Of a stretch of 64,000 bases of DNA, positions 1 through 13,109 are shown piece by piece. The notes beneath the pieces were generated by a model. That model saw nothing but the letters and a program-made list of their open reading frames with translations. It had not been told where the DNA came from and did not search any database. The first letter of the stretch is position 1, and every line of letters starts with the position of its first letter. The position numbers and the translations under genes are program-made. Source of the DNA: Octopus sinensis (taxonomy: Eukaryota); assembly GCF_006345805.1 (NCBI RefSeq), contig NC_042999.1:5270001-5334000 (forward strand), given 5' to 3'.

Positions 1-148
1 AAGGCACAAATAGATTTCATTTCTCGTTAAACTGAAATCTGCTTGAACCAAATCCTAATAACAATCAAGAATAATGAATATCAAAGTTAAAGACAGAGTT
101 TCGAGGTGACCTACAAAGGTCAGCTCGAATATAAGTGACTCAACTCAC

Positions 149-279
149 CGCCGTTTATCCTTTCTTATAAATTTTGAAAGTCTGTAGATAGCCCAGTTGT
201 TAAGTTGCCGAGGTGTCATACCCTTGCCGTTATCAAGGACAAAGATACAGTTTCGATTTGGATTTCCTTCATCAAAATG
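149..279 (-). CDS. SMCHD1: SMCHD1 coding exon 5 ([43 protein letters not shown]), GHKL motif II
   Basis: GAACAG acceptor, GTGAGT donor, 131 bp. DNGKGM is the GHKL DxGxG box and [13 protein letters not shown] is SMCHD1-specific. The gene continues off the left edge. Confidence 0.97.
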
Positions 280-380
280 CTGTTCAAAGACAAAAATAAA
301 AAAAAACACATGAGACACATACAATTTACATATATTTTTATATAAAATTCCACGGAAGCATCGAAGGATTAATTACTCAC

Positions 381-463
381 CAATCTGATTTCGATGTTAC
401 GGTCAGCATTGTTATTTGCTGTGGCTGTTAAGGCATTGTCGATCAACTCAGCAAATGCATAAG
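381..463 (-). CDS. SMCHD1: SMCHD1 coding exon 4 (PYAFAELIDNALTATANNNADRNIEIRL), GHKL motif I
   Basis: TTAAG acceptor, GTGAGT donor, 83 bp (phase 1 to 0). AELIDN is the GHKL N-box with the catalytic Glu. Confidence 0.97.
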
Positions 464-510
464 CTTAATAAACGAAGAAAAACAGATTAGGTTATTACAT
501 CTGTATATGA

Positions 511-717
511 GGCAGCGAGCTGACAGAATCGTTAGCAGGCCGGGTAAAACGCTTAGTGGCAATTCATCTGTCCTTGCATTCAGAGTTCAAATTTCGCCAA
601 TACTGACTTATCCTTTCAGGGTCGATAAATTAAGTACCAGTTGAGTACTGAGATTGATGTAATCAACTTAACCCCTCCCCAAAAGTTTCAGGCCCTGTGC
701 CTATAGTAGAAAGGATT
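511..717 (+). mobile_element. tRNA-derived SINE, family B (CORE-like central domain), CpG-decayed
   Basis: Head ggcagcgagctgacagaatcgttagc and core ggtcgataaattaagtaccag shared with many copies in the window. Confidence 0.8.
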
Positions 718-1220
718 ATTACAGCTTCTTTACAAAATAAAGAAACTCAGCTAACGAGTTATCATAAAAATGAGTTGAAGGGGTCAGAAATTCTACAAAT
801 AACATTTTGCCAAAAACTGTACACTCAAAATTTGAAGAGGACTAAATTAAATACAAAACTTTTAAAAACAAATGAAACTAAAAAGCCTTTTCTATGTGAC
901 GCCCACACCCTTTTTTTAAAACTTTTGATTTATAATATCCTCTTAGAATTCCATTTCAAAACAATTATTATAGACTAGAAGTATCTAAAAATTCCAGTGA
1001 CTTTGAAAACAGTTGCTACAAGTTTTTAGAAAACCATGAAATTCATCATTTTTATGAAAATGTATTTTTACTGAAATAATTAATTCTTGAGATGGTGTAA
1101 AATCCATCCAAATATCATTGAAAGTAGAATCTCAGGAGAGAACAACTCTGAAGATTGATTATTCTTACACATTTGTCAATTCTTTTACACTGAAAGTGTT
1201 ATCTGTGAGCTTTATCTTTC

Positions 1221-1680
1221 ATCATCATCGTTTAACATCCGCTTTCCATGCTGGCATGAGTTGGATGGTTTGACTGACGTCTGGCAAGCCAGGAGGCTGT
1301 ACCAGGCTCCAATCTGATCTGGCAAAGTTTCTACAGATGGATGTCTTTCCTAACGCCAACCACTCTGATAGTGTAGTGGATGCCTTTTATGTGTCACTGG
1401 CACAGGCATCGGCCACAACTACGATTTCACTTGACTCAACGGGTCTTCTCAAGCAAAGCATATTGTCCAATGATTGAAGGGGTACTTTTAAACGGGACAG
1501 TTATGCAACACTGGCATCGGCCACGACTACAATCTCACTTGGCTTGCCAGGTCTTCTCAAGCACAGTATATCTCCAAAGGTCTTGGTTGCTTGTCATTAC
1601 CTCTGCGAGGCTCAATGTTCAAAGGTTGTACTTCACCACCTCATCCCAGATCTTCCTGGGTCTACCTCACCCACAAAGGT
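1221..1680 (-). mobile_element. RTE-clade LINE 3' end (RT C-terminus, 3'UTR, (GAT)n tail)
   Basis: catcatcatcgtttaac tail. 3'UTR shared with 19770-20385. Degenerate RKTWDEVVK motif at ~1620-1680. Confidence 0.8.
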
Positions 1681-1789
1681 GATAAGCAAACAAATCCTAG
1701 AAAGAGCTACAGTCAGCTCCACTTCATTTTTCCACTGTCCCTATGTTATAAAATTACTGGATGGAATAATAATATATATTGGTTTCAAA

Positions 1790-1985
1790 TTTTGGCACAA
1801 AGCCAGCAATTTTGGGAAATGGGCTAAGTTAATTACATTGACCCCAGTACTTAATTGGTACTTATTTTATTGACCCTGAAAAGATGAAAAGAGACGTTGA
1901 CCCTGGTGGAATTTGAACTCAGAACATAAAGATGGATGAAATGCCATTTAGCATTTTGCGTGGTGTGTTAAAAATTCTGCCAGCA
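1790..1985 (-). mobile_element. SINE family B, CpG-decayed
   Basis: Reverse complement of the family B core and head. Confidence 0.7.
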
Positions 1986-2774
1986 AATGCAGTTAACAAC
2001 CTTAGCTAAAAAAAAAAAAAAATTCTATGATAATGGTGGTGTTTAAATGATGTTTTAATAAATCTCAATATGTTGTACATGTTTATTTTTGTATCAGAAG
2101 AAAATGCATATAGTTAGACTATCACTGAATGAAGTAGGATAGCTGCTCTAATGAGCCGAAGTCTAAAAAGTTGATCTCATACACACATACAAATATGTAT
2201 GTGCATGCATAATTATATATATACACATACATACATACAGCCATACATACAAACACGTATAATTTATTTTCTAATAAATTGTTTCAAGAATTCTCATCAG
2301 TCAATTATTATCATCATCATCATTTAACGTCCGCGATAATGCTGATGATGATAATTGACTGATGAGTAAAAGAGACCTTTTTAATGACAATTCTTGAAAC
2401 AATTTATTGGAAAATAAATTATAATACGTGTGTGTATGTACAATAGAGTAGGACTTTGACTTTGTTCCATAGTTAAGTGTGACATAAGTAGACAAAAGTC
2501 GGTTAAGATTATAATTGTTGTATCTGTAAGAGATTGTATTGGATTTCCTACCATAGTTTACCAATCAACTATTTTACAAACACCATAAATGCTGTGTGTT
2601 CAACAGACCATGTAGGTTTTGTTCTGTGTGCGGTGAACCAAGAAGAATATTAAAAAGATTATCAAAAAAACTTTCAACAATTTAGGGATTTCAGCAAGCA
2701 GTTCTATCAATAAAGAATAAACAGTCCAGTATTTAATTTTTAATGTGTTGTTTTTATTTAACCATCTTATCTTT

Positions 2775-3060
2775 ATATTCACACTTGCTTGTTAGCTTGC
2801 TTGATGGGGCTGGGGTCATCCCAGTTTAATGGTCCCAGGGGCATCATCCTATGTAGAGCCAACCAGGTCCACCAGTGCTCCCCGTCATTGGCAGTCCTGT
2901 GCCAACACCTCTGCATCCTCCAAGATGACGCCGAGACTCTGGAGATCTTCCTTAATCATTTCCAGCCATCTGGTGTTAGGTCTACCACGGGGCCTCTGCC
3001 AACACGCAGCTGCTGCGATGAATGAGAGTAAGACCCTGATAGGATGATTTGGTGGGGTGG
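2775..3060 (-). mobile_element. RTE-like LINE 3' end, second family
   Basis: Minus frame RPRGRPNTRWLEMIKEDLQSLGV, a typical RTE C-terminal GRP motif. Confidence 0.7.
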
Positions 3061-3202
3061 GGGGCAGAGGACGTGTCTGTAGTAGGGCATAGCAGCTATG
3101 AAGTGGGAGGCTGATGCATGCAAGGAGTTTTCTGTTGGAAACATGACACTTGCACAGATGTGCATTTTTCATGCAATATAAATGTAAGATACATATATAT
3201 GG

Positions 3203-3503
3203 CGGAGGCGCAGTGGCCCAGTGGTTAGGGCAGTAGACTCACAGTCTTAGGATCGCGGTTTCGATTCTCAGACCGGGCGTTGTGAGTGTTTATTGAGCAA
3301 AAACACCTAAAGCTCCACGAGGCTCTGGCAGGGGGTGGTGGCGAACCCTGTTGTACTCTTTCACCACAACTTTCTCTCACTCTTTCTTCTGTTGGCTTGC
3401 TTACTTAACCAGCAGGGTGGCGTCATTTGAAGGCTAAAACAATGCGAAGTGCATTGTGACTAGCGATGTGTAGCAACATCTGATAGCCTGGTCAGTCACG
3501 GTG
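3203..3503 (+). mobile_element. tRNA-derived SINE, family C (partial, CpG-decayed)
   Basis: Head ggaggcgcagtggcccagtggttagggc with A/B boxes, homologous to 41903-42286. Confidence 0.8.
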
Positions 3504-4043
3504 ATATATATATGCACCTATGAACATGGATAGCTAAACATATAGCAAAACTGACAAAGAATATAAGAACAATGTCTATCAGTAGAGAATTTTAAAAATT
3601 ACATATCTTTAAAGTGATATCTGACTGAGCAAAATGAGTTTGGTAAAAATTGTCTTAGTTATACAATGTGTGTGTGTGTGTGTGTGTTATGCAATATGAA
3701 AATATCAAATTTGTAATTTTGATTTCTTGCAATGATACAAGCATTCAGACTTGTAGGAAGAGTTGTGATCATTCAGTATTTCCAAACAGAGAAACATAAG
3801 AGTCAAAATAGCCAGAGATAAGATCACCAGGTCAGTCATGAAAAATACCATATTTTACTGCAATGACCAACCAGCATGGAATGGTCAACAGTTTTCTGTT
3901 TTGAGATTAATTTTAGAATTTAAAACCTAAGGGCTGATAAAAGAATGCCATATCCATTTGGTCATATTGCTTTTGCCTTATTTGGCAAAGATTACATTAG
4001 AGACAAGTCAGTTCAGAATAAAATGGTAAGAAATATTACTCAC

Positions 4044-4202
4044 GTAAAGGATTCTGGCCTTCCGAAGCATAATACTCATACATGCCACCTTTAACAATTG
4101 TGTCATAATGTGGGAGGAAATTGACCCTTTGCTGTGCAGGGGCACACAACTCTTGCAGAAGAGTGTTGAGTATGTAGAGAGTGTCCCCCTTCTCAACGCT
4201 GT
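4044..4202 (-). CDS. SMCHD1: SMCHD1 coding exon 3 ([10 protein letters not shown]...[25 protein letters not shown])
   Basis: Pyrimidine tract plus TTACAG acceptor, GTGAGT donor, 159 bp (phase 1 to 1). [24 protein letters not shown] is a diagnostic SMCHD1 motif. Confidence 0.97.
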
Positions 4203-4439
4203 CTGTAATGGCAGAAACAAGGGGGGAAAAAAAATGCAAAATTAAAACAAACAGAAATGTGAATTAATCAAATACAAACTCATTCCATGCAACATTTTTA
4301 TAATCCTAAACTGCTTTAGTATAAAACTGGATTGAAATAGAAAAATGTGATATAGAACAGTAGAGAGAAAGAGAAAAAAAATCCTGAATAGTTTAACTCC
4401 TATTAATCCTTATAAAATTACTAGATTAATCTATTGCCA

Positions 4440-4905
4440 TATCCTGAATGCCTTACTTCCCTGGGCATGGACACATTGAAACTCAGCTGACTTGGCAGAC
4501 ACCCATAAAATTATTAACCATCTTACTAACAATAACTCTGAGCACCTTTTCAAACTCCATCTGTCTAACACCCGTGGACATGTTTACAAAGTCAGAAAAC
4601 AGCACAGCTCCCATGACTTTAGGAAACATTTTTTCACGCTGAGAGTTGCTGAAGAATGGAACAAACTGCCGGCATCAGTTGTTAGTTGTCAGAGCACTGC
4701 ATCCTTCAAAACTTCCATGCTTCCTGAAATTCGCCAACACTACACCTGATTTTCTCCCCTCCATACACACGCAAGCATGTACCTGACTCATACATTGTTC
4801 GCTTTCCAGACATTTCTACATTACTGCATGTACTTTATATGCACTTTCTGACAAGTTGTGGTGCACCTGAGCACTGTATACAATAATTTCATTATTATTA
4901 TTATT
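4440..4905 (+). mobile_element. CR1-clade LINE 3' end
   Basis: ORF ...TRGHVYKVRKQHSSHDFRKHFFTLRVAEEWNKLP... is the CR1 C-terminal motif, followed by a 3'UTR and an (ATT)n tail. Confidence 0.85.
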
Positions 4906-5109
4906 AGACTTCAATTTTTTAAATATTCATTTTCTCTGTTTATTAAGTGAGTTACAAAATTTAGGTTAAGAATTCTAAATAACAGCAGATTTTCTTTTTG
5001 TAGCTCATAGAAGAAGCCATATCCTTCAGTGCAGAAGTGCTTGTATTGGAATCAGAAGTTGAGATGCCATATATAGACATCAATGTAGAGGCCCTCGTCA
5101 AAAAGCATC

Positions 5110-7300
5110 TTTCACACAATTAGAGTAGCAGCATTGCTTTCAGTTCTGGTTTGAGTGCAGTTTGCAGAGAACAGTTGCAACAACAGTGAGTTTGCAGTAT
5201 CTGCTCCATCAACTGCAATGATCCTAAGAGCTTTCTTTTGGACTGTAGGGAGTTGAACGAATAGTTTAGTGTGGCATTTGTCCAACACAGACATGACATA
5301 TTTCAGAAGTGGTTTTATCTTCCTTGTTCAACTTGTTTGCCATTTCTTGTGCACCTCCGGTTACTCGTGGAATCTCAAACTACTTTTCATAGGAAGCTTA
5401 AAATTCCAAAAATGTAACACAAGGTTTGGGCGAGTTCTTATCTTACAAGTCTACTGCACTGCTTTCTCTCTTTAAACTTATAGATGCAAACAGTGTGGAG
5501 TCGTTAGCATGGAAGTACAGTTCGTTTTCACAGCCATTGATCCTATCATCTATGAAGACTAAGAACAGAAGTGATGCAAATACAAAGCCTTGTAGGGACC
5601 GATAAATAATTGATATGTGATCAATCAAATGGGTTGATATGAAAGAACGTCCCTGATGGATCTCACATTAACATTGCTTTAATCCTTTCATCATCATCAT
5701 TTAACGTCCGTTCTCCATGCTAGCATGGGTTGGACGGTTCGACCGGGGTCTGGGAAGCCATGAAGGCTGCACCAGGCTCCAGTCTAATCTGGCAGTGTTT
5801 CTACAGCTGGATGCCCTTCCTAACGCCAACCACTCCATGAGTGTAGTGGGTGCTTTTTACATGCCACTGGCACAGGTACCAGGGAAGGCTGGCAAACGGC
5901 CACGATCAGTTGGTGCTTTTACGTGTCACCAACATGGACGCCAGTCAGGTGGCGTTGGCATCTGCCACATTCGGATGGTGCTTTTTACGTGCCACCGGTG
6001 CAGGTGTCTTAACTACAATTTCCATTTGATTTTTATTTTGCTGTATTTATTTTGAGATGCTCGGTGTTTCTTTCAATTAATTTTAAATATAACAAAGAAT
6101 TCATTAAAATAACTTAGTTATAATTAAGCTAGTGTTTGGAACATAAATTGTGACTAAGGTTTGGTGGAAGATCTTAATTCAAAACTTATGAAAACAAGAC
6201 TTTTGTACTACTGAGCCAGAGGCAGTTTCAGCTGGGTTAGTAACGAAAGGGTTAAAGCCACCTAAGTAGTTTCCTGCATATTTTCCTGAAACATCTGCTG
6301 TGCCCAATCACTAAAAGGTTTGTCAATGCCTAAGACTCCTCCTAACATAGGAGTCAGGAGATCTGCTGCATTTAGGATTTGGTCAGATGCAGAAATGCCT
6401 TTTGAAGATGAGTTCATAGTGTAGAAGATAACTTTGAAGCAGGAGTCAAACAGGAGACACAACAGCTCAGCTAGTTTAATACGAGATAGAAACTTTATCA
6501 AATGTGAGGTCCTGCATTTATCTTCATAATATCTTTGGTGTTGGAGATCACAACCAGCAGCATTGCAACAGGTCAGCTACTCACTGGTGACTGATCCCCA
6601 GTGTTTAGCAAACGACTCTTTCCAAGAAAATCTTGGCAAAAGTTGGTGACCTTTTACCTCTTTTCATCGGATATGCAGTTGCATTACACTCAAGGTCACA
6701 GATGCTTTCCCAGAGACAGTTTAGTATGCTCTACTACTTCTTACTGCTGAGATAGTCACTTGTTAGGTGTTGTCTTAATCTGGTACTGGAATTTCTTTTC
6801 GCCTTACTCTCTGTCTGATTGTGTCTTGCTTTTAGAAATCCTCATTTGTTCCCTTGAATATTGCTCTTCTTCAATGGACAGAAGAAGTGTCACGTTGTTC
6901 TGGAAATAATATTGCATTCAACACTGAACCATGTTTTGTCATCCAGCTTCTTACTCATGGCTTTAAATAGGATGAAAGTGTCTGCAGTTTTACAAACAGT
7001 CGCTGTCACTCGAATGCACATTTCCTTAATATCTTTCCATTTAATTAAAGACAGTAATACATGTCCTACAAAGTTTGTTCTTTTGTAACACCAAACTTTT
7101 TACATGATCGTCTTGATACAGTGGAATATTTAGATTCACCAGCACAAGGTGCCCGGCTATGTCAAAATTCTGGGCTTCTGCAGATGAAACAGTTAAAACA
7201 GGATCAAAAGCATTGCCTCTTCTTGTTGGTGCTTCATTTATGATCTGTTGTAAATTGTGTGCAATGATCAGCTATGTACACTGTTCAGTTACTAAAGCCA
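5110..7300 (-). mobile_element. Fragmented CR1/L2-like LINE RT region, interrupted by an RTE 3'UTR
   Basis: Minus frames with LLFLVFIDD...ELYFHANDSTLF (degenerate YADD) and IKLAELLCLLFDSCF. Many stops. Confidence 0.6.
5692..6010 (-). mobile_element. RTE LINE 3'UTR with (GAT)n tail
   Basis: Same 3'UTR family as 1221 and 19770-20385. Confidence 0.85.
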
Positions 7301-7338
7301 ATTCTGATATTGGGTGTTGAAATTTCTTACAAAAACAT

Positions 7339-7697
7339 AGGTGTAGGAGTAGCTGTGTGGTAAGTAGCTTGCTTACCAACCACATGGTTCCGGGTTCAGT
7401 CACACTGCGTGGCACCTTGAACAAGTGTCTTCTACTATAGCCTTGGGCCAACCAAAGCCTTGTAAGTGGATTTGGTAGACAGAAACTGAAAGAAGCCCAT
7501 CGTATATATGTATGTGTGTTTGTCCCCCCAACATTGCTTGACAATGTTTTACGTCCCCGTAACTTAGCGGTTCAGCAAAAGAAACCGACAGAATAAGTAC
7601 CAGGCTTACAAAGAATAAGTCCTGGGTTCGATTTGCTCGACTAAAGGCGGTGCTCCAGCATGGCCACAGTCAAAATGACTGAAACCAGTAAAAGAGT
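7339..7697 (+). mobile_element. tRNA-derived SINE, family A (MetaSINE-like central domain, tentative), CpG-decayed
   Basis: Head aggtgtaggagtagctgtgtggtaag, core gccttgtaagtggatttggtagac, tail actgaaaccagtaaaagag. Confidence 0.85.
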
Positions 7698-8031
7698 AAT
7701 TAATAATAATATACATACAGAAAATTACGATTACAACCTTTATGAGATCTGTTTTCTCGTCTTTCTAAGAGTTAAACAGATCGTTCAGGACATGTCTTCT
7801 GCATTTAAAGACATTTCCTCCCTCCTGCGGTTCCATAGCCTGAAGCCTATCCTAACTGTTGCCTTCTGCTCTCATGACTACCTTACAGGTACACAATTTG
7901 AAATATGAACAGAGTACAGTTACAGTTTCACTCACTATGAAATGTAAAATGTCATGTATTTATATACACATTAAACAATGACACCAACAAAACAAAACAA
8001 GAACAATATTTCAGTATTATCATTTACTTAC

Positions 8032-8107
8032 CCCAAGTAGAGTCATCACAAATTCCATCTCTGTTTGTGGAGGCAATCACAAAATTCTCATTATCAGATT
8101 TAAGCTC
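8032..8107 (-). CDS. SMCHD1: SMCHD1 coding exon 2 (ELKSDNENFVIASTNRDGICDDSTW)
   Basis: TTTGCAG acceptor, GTAAGT donor, 76 bp (phase 0 to 1). ENFVIASTNR resembles SMCHD1 EKFVITTTSR. Phase matches both neighbours. Confidence 0.88.
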
Positions 8108-8483
8108 CTGCAAATATAGTTAGCATATGTATATACCTGCATCTATACACATACATTTACATATATATATCAATCATTATCATCATGAGCAGCATTTTAT
8201 GTGTACTTTCTCCATTTAGGCATAAGGTAGGATGTTTTGACAAGATTCAATAGGCTGGGGAGTCACATTTTACTTTGATGTCATGTCTCATCTTTGACAC
8301 GGTTTCTATGGTGATGAGGATGTGGGTCAAGTAGGTGGAGCCAGTGATGGAGTGGGTCAGTCTTTCTACCATGCCAGAATGGGTTGGAAGATCTGTGAAA
8401 ATCCCTTTCCTCCACCAAACTTGCTCTGAACTCTCTCTACCCAGCCACCTCATCATCCTTATCACTCTGTTCATCTTTTAAAC

Positions 8484-8671
8484 CAGGGGTCTCCAAAGTG
8501 ATCAATACCAAGCCTGGGGGGGGGGTTGATGGGACTATTCAAGGTGTTAATAAATGCACTCCTACTTAATTATTATTATTTATTTATTTTCTGGTACATG
8601 CCTGGGGGGTTGATGAGGGGTGAAGGATTCCATGAAAGGGGTCGATAGTCTAAAACGTTTGGAGACCCCTA
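8484..8671. mobile_element. hAT-type MITE
   Basis: TIRs caggggtctccaaa / tttggagaccccta. Flanks ttttaaac / ctctaaac resemble a decayed 8-bp TSD. Confidence 0.75.
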
Positions 8672-8946
8672 CTCTAAACTATAAATCCATTCCTCACCAA
8701 ACTTCATTTTTTTTCTCTCTTTACTTCTTCAGTTAGTGTTGAAAGTTGTAAGGTGACCTCAAGAGTGACGGTGCCACACAAGAAATCACCCAGCGCACTC
8801 TGTAAAGTGGTTGGCATTAGGAAGGACATCCAACTGTAGAAACTATGCAGAGACAGCCACTGGAGTACACCACAGTCCTCTAGAACTGTCCAACTATGCC
8901 AGCATGAAGAGAGGAAGCTAAACAAGGATTATTTACTAGAAGTAAA

Positions 8947-9105
8947 AGGTGGTGAGCACACAGAATCATTAGTGTGTCAGACTAAATGGTTAGCCAGCAT
9001 TTTGTCTGTCTTTATGTTCTGAGTTCAAATTCTGCTGAGGTTGACTTTATCCTTCATCCTTTCAGTGTCATTGATAGAATAAGTACCAGTTGATCACTGG
9101 GGTCA
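8947..9105 (+). mobile_element. SINE family B, heavily CpG-decayed
   Basis: gttctgagttcaaattctgctgaggttgactttatccttcatcctttc matches family B. Confidence 0.7.
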
Positions 9106-9269
9106 GCTTTGTGCTTGGGAATGAGGGAATTTGTATGAGAGATTGAGAGAAGGGGGAAAGGGTCAGAACAAGTTTCTGCAGAGGAACCTGCATGGCTACT
9201 CACATCTTGTGTGGAAAAGAACAGTAAAAGGTGGAAGACCAGGAAGATCTTCAAGGCATGACGAAGCTG

Positions 9270-10030
9270 AGGTGTCTGGCTACTCTTAAAGTATATTTGC
9301 TAGAGTAAGAACTGGATGGGAAAAGTTCAGAGAGATACAACCACTGCTGTTAGTAAGAAAGATCTTTTTTCTCAGAGTGAAGGGCAGACTGTATGATGCT
9401 TGTGTTAGAACTGTGATGCTACATGATAGTGAGACATGGGCTTTGAATGCAGAAGACTTGAGAAAACTGGAAAGAAATGAAGCAGGCATGCGAAGAGATG
9501 AATGTGCAGTGTGCGTGAAAGAATTACTTCAAAAGATTTCGTTTTTGGATTTGGTTTGCAAGATTCTTTATATGAGTTCGTGTGTTGAACTATATTCTGT
9601 TGTGTCTGGGGAGGGTCATTGTCTCTTTGTGCCTTATTATTTAATACACTCACCGGTAAAATTTTAGAAAAATAGAAATAAGAAATAAGTGGAAATTTTA
9701 CCGGTGAGTGTGTTACATTATAAGGCACAAAAAGAAAATGATTCTCCCCAGACACAATAGAATATAGTTCAAAAGAGTTGAGTGAAAAGCAGAGTATAAG
9801 AGGAATCAAATGTGTTCAAGAAGACTGCACTGGTGTGGTCATGTGATGCAAATGAATGAGGACTGCTGTAAGAGGAAGTGCCAGTTGCTGAATGTGGTTG
9901 GAACCTGCAGAGGACATGAGATTAAGTAGTGAAAGCTGACCTCAGGACTCCTGAGCCAGACAGATGAAATGACAAAGGACTGGGATATCTGGCAATATGA
10001 AGTTCCCAAAATGACTTGCTCTTCTCAACA
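9270..10030 (+). mobile_element. RTE LINE RT C-terminal fragment interrupted by a foldback element
   Basis: KGRLYDACVRTVMLHDSETWALNAEDLRKLERNEA. Homology resumes after 9775. Confidence 0.8.
9525..9772. mobile_element. Foldback/MITE-like element, inverted arms 9585-9663 and 9693-9772
   Basis: ~80-bp imperfect inverted repeat. A homologous copy lies at 36090-36575. Confidence 0.7.
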
Positions 10031-10199
10031 AAACTAAATCCTGGTAGGGCCATATTTTGGGTTCTCCTCCACCTCAGCAGTATCTGTATCATTTTTACTA
10101 CTTCTGATGTTCATTGCCCCTGCCCCTTCTGCATCTCTCTATTGTCCGCTACTCATTCACCTCTTACAAACCACCAATCATACATACATAACATCAGCA

Positions 10200-10440
10200 T
10201 CATTGTTTAGCATCCACTTTTCCTTGCTTGCATGGGTGAGATGAAATCTAGTGAAGCTGATTTTCTATGGCCAGATGCCCTTCCTGTTACCAACTGCCAC
10301 CTGTTTCCAAACCAGGTAATAATTTTTTTTCCATGGTCAGACATGTTTCCCATGGAAGACTGGCAACAAACAACACCACTTGTACAACAGTGATGCTTGT
10401 TTACAATCATCAAATGATGTCTAGACAAGGGTATACACAA
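10200..10440 (-). mobile_element. Old SINE fragment with RTE-type (GAT)n tail
   Basis: catcattgtttagcatccacttttcc...gatgcccttcctgttacc, similar to 15835-16080. Confidence 0.6.
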
Positions 10441-11164
10441 AAACACACACACATAGAGTGTTGCACTCATGATTGCAAGGCCATGGTTTCAATCCTTGGA
10501 CTGTCCTGAAGCAAATCACTTCATTTTATGTTGCTCCAAAAACCTTAATGGCCCTTACAAACGAGAAAGAATAGAGGAGGGTATAATGAATGATTGTAGG
10601 CAGGGTGATGAAAGAGATGAAAGGAACAGCTGTGATAGGAGGGTAGTGGAGAAGTAACTGAGCAGACACTATTGGGGTGAAGGGAAAGGATTGGGGGTTA
10701 TTGAGAAAACTGAGGGACAGAGTGAAAAGGTGATAGGATAAGATGTGTAAGGTGTGGGGGGAAGGCAAGGTGTTATCCTACATTATAAAAGTATGCATGG
10801 ATGATGAGGAATCCCTGAGAGTTGTGGGGGTAGGTCAGAATGGGAGAGGTGAGGAGTGTTGAGGAGGCTGGCAAGCTGTACCCTAACTGCTTGACAATTG
10901 GTGTGGATTTGGTTATGGCCTTGGAACTACCTGTATGACGATGACTTAGTTTATAAAGCGGAACCAGGAGAAGAACTGAAGCTGAAATTCCAGACATGAA
11001 GGCAAAATACGAAACTGAAGACATTCAAAGACAATTTAACAAAGGAACCAACAGGAGACCCTGCTGACTCAACTGAGACAATGCAGGCAAGAGTGGAATT
11101 GAACTGAGAGCAATTATGGACAAAAGCAACATTCATTTCCACATATAGTGACGCTCTCACAGAG

Positions 11165-11410
11165 GCAGTGACAGGTGATCAAGATCTTTGGTTATATACT
11201 ATGCTTGAGAAGACCTGCCAAGCCAAGTGAGACCACAGTTGTAGCCAAAACTGGTGTTTCATAACTGGCACCAGTGCCGGTGGCATGTAAGAAGCACCCA
11301 CTACACTCTTGGAGTGGCTGGCATTAGGAAGGGAATCCGGTTATAGAAACCATGTCAAATTAAACTGTCCAACCCATGCCAGCATGGAAAATGGACATTA
11401 AATGATGATG
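11165..11410 (+). mobile_element. RTE LINE 3'UTR fragment
   Basis: ccaacccatgccagcatggaaaatggacattaaatgatgat tail. Confidence 0.75.
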
Positions 11411-11859
11411 TGATATGCCCCATAATCAGGATTGGCAGACAACCAGGACCCTACCTCAAAGGAGATTGACAGCAACTTCATCACCATGGCGGATGACTTT
11501 AACAACCATGTTAGTTAACATCTGTGATGTTCATAGAAGCTATGGCTAGGGTTCAAAGAACTCAGGAGTTCCTGGAGTTCTGTGATGTAATCAACTTAAC
11601 AATTTGCAAGATGCACTTCAAGAAATCAGTTGGTCAGCCAAACGTGCAAGTCTCACCAGGAAAGAAACTGATAGGCCACCATTGCAAGTACCGAAACCTT
11701 TCCTGGTGAAGGACACACTAATCAACATAGATTTGTGGTGACTTCAGAGTTGAAACTGGGATGGCTGAGAGACGAATGTTGATAAAAAGTAGAAAGGCAT
11801 GGAAGCTAAAAGGACCTGCAGTTAGCCATAGATTTAGAGAAATTCTAAATTGATGCAAA

Positions 11860-12352
11860 CCGTAAATCCTCGAGTATAATACGCAGGGGACTTTTAGGGG
11901 ACTGTACCTCTGGAAAACCTAAACCTTGTGTATAATACGCACCCCTTCTCTAACTTGAGTCAAGGAGGTCTATATAACATCGTTGGTTTGTAAAAATGTA
12001 TACGGTAACGTCCTTTATTATTATTGTATATATAACAATGCAAACATGTAGCTTTTTTGTGCATTTTGTTTGCAGAAAATAAAGAAATAACAATAATAAC
12101 GTTTAATAAGTGTTGCTTATTGCAAGTTATGGATGATTCTTTTATGACTTCATTGCCTTCAGGCTTAGCTTTAGGTATTTTCGCTCTCGACATCACGAAA
12201 TGCATCTGAATAAACATTGCCGGACAGCAAATAAAGACTCGGACATTGCTTAGAAAATAATTTTCATTTTTAATCTCGTATATAGTACGTACTAGGGATT
12301 TTGACCTTTAAATTTTGGGGGGAAAATGCGGATTATACTCGAGGATTTATGG
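11860..12352. mobile_element. Tc1/mariner (pogo/Tigger-like) MITE
   Basis: TIRs ccgtaaatcctcgagtataat / attatactcgaggatttatgg, followed by TA. Confidence 0.75.
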
Positions 12353-13109
12353 TATGTGTGGTGGAAGAGTTAGATACCTAAAACATAGAAGACACCAGGG
12401 AGGTCCTACAGGACAACCTGCTCAGGAGAATAGATTAGGTGTGTAGCTTGTGCAAAGTTCAGGGCAGTCTAAAGGTGATGCGATGGTAGGATGACTTTAG
12501 TAGAAAGAGCTGTGAAAGCTATAAGGCAAACCTTCCAAAGTCGGGAAGGAAGGTAGAAGTAGTGAGCACTACCAGGTGGCTAAAAAGAAATCTAGGTGTC
12601 GAGTACTCTTAGCTAGAGGAAGAAGAGGAGAAGAGCCTGATATGTTTGGTGATGTGAGGATGAGATGCATGAGGTGTTGAGGACTGCAAGACATTGTGTC
12701 AGAAGACACAACCGAGACACCAATGGGGGGGGGGAGGATAGAGGTACACCTACCCTTTGTGCTGATGATAAAGAAACATGGAAGTACTTTTGTGAGAGGT
12801 TTGGTGAACAAGTAGAATACAAGGAATAAAGAGGGGGCTACCTCATGTTAACTCAACAGGGGAACCAACAATTCAAATCACCAAAGTAGGGTAGATTAAA
12901 GAGTCTGATTGTGAAAAAAAAGTATGGAGGTAGGGAAAGCTGCCAACCCATTGAGTATAGACATTGTGGTGCTCAAGATATGTGCTGGGGTAGGATACAT
13001 ATTAATCACCCAAACAGTTAATCAGGTAATACAGGAAGGTGTCATACCAAATGACTGGTGTAGCAGTATCACTGTAAACAGTTACCATGGCAAAGGAGAC
13101 ACTGTCATC

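Noticed and set aside
697-978. 93-aa ORF
   Set aside because: Starts in a SINE tail, is Lys/Leu-rich AT sequence, and lies antisense within an SMCHD1 intron.
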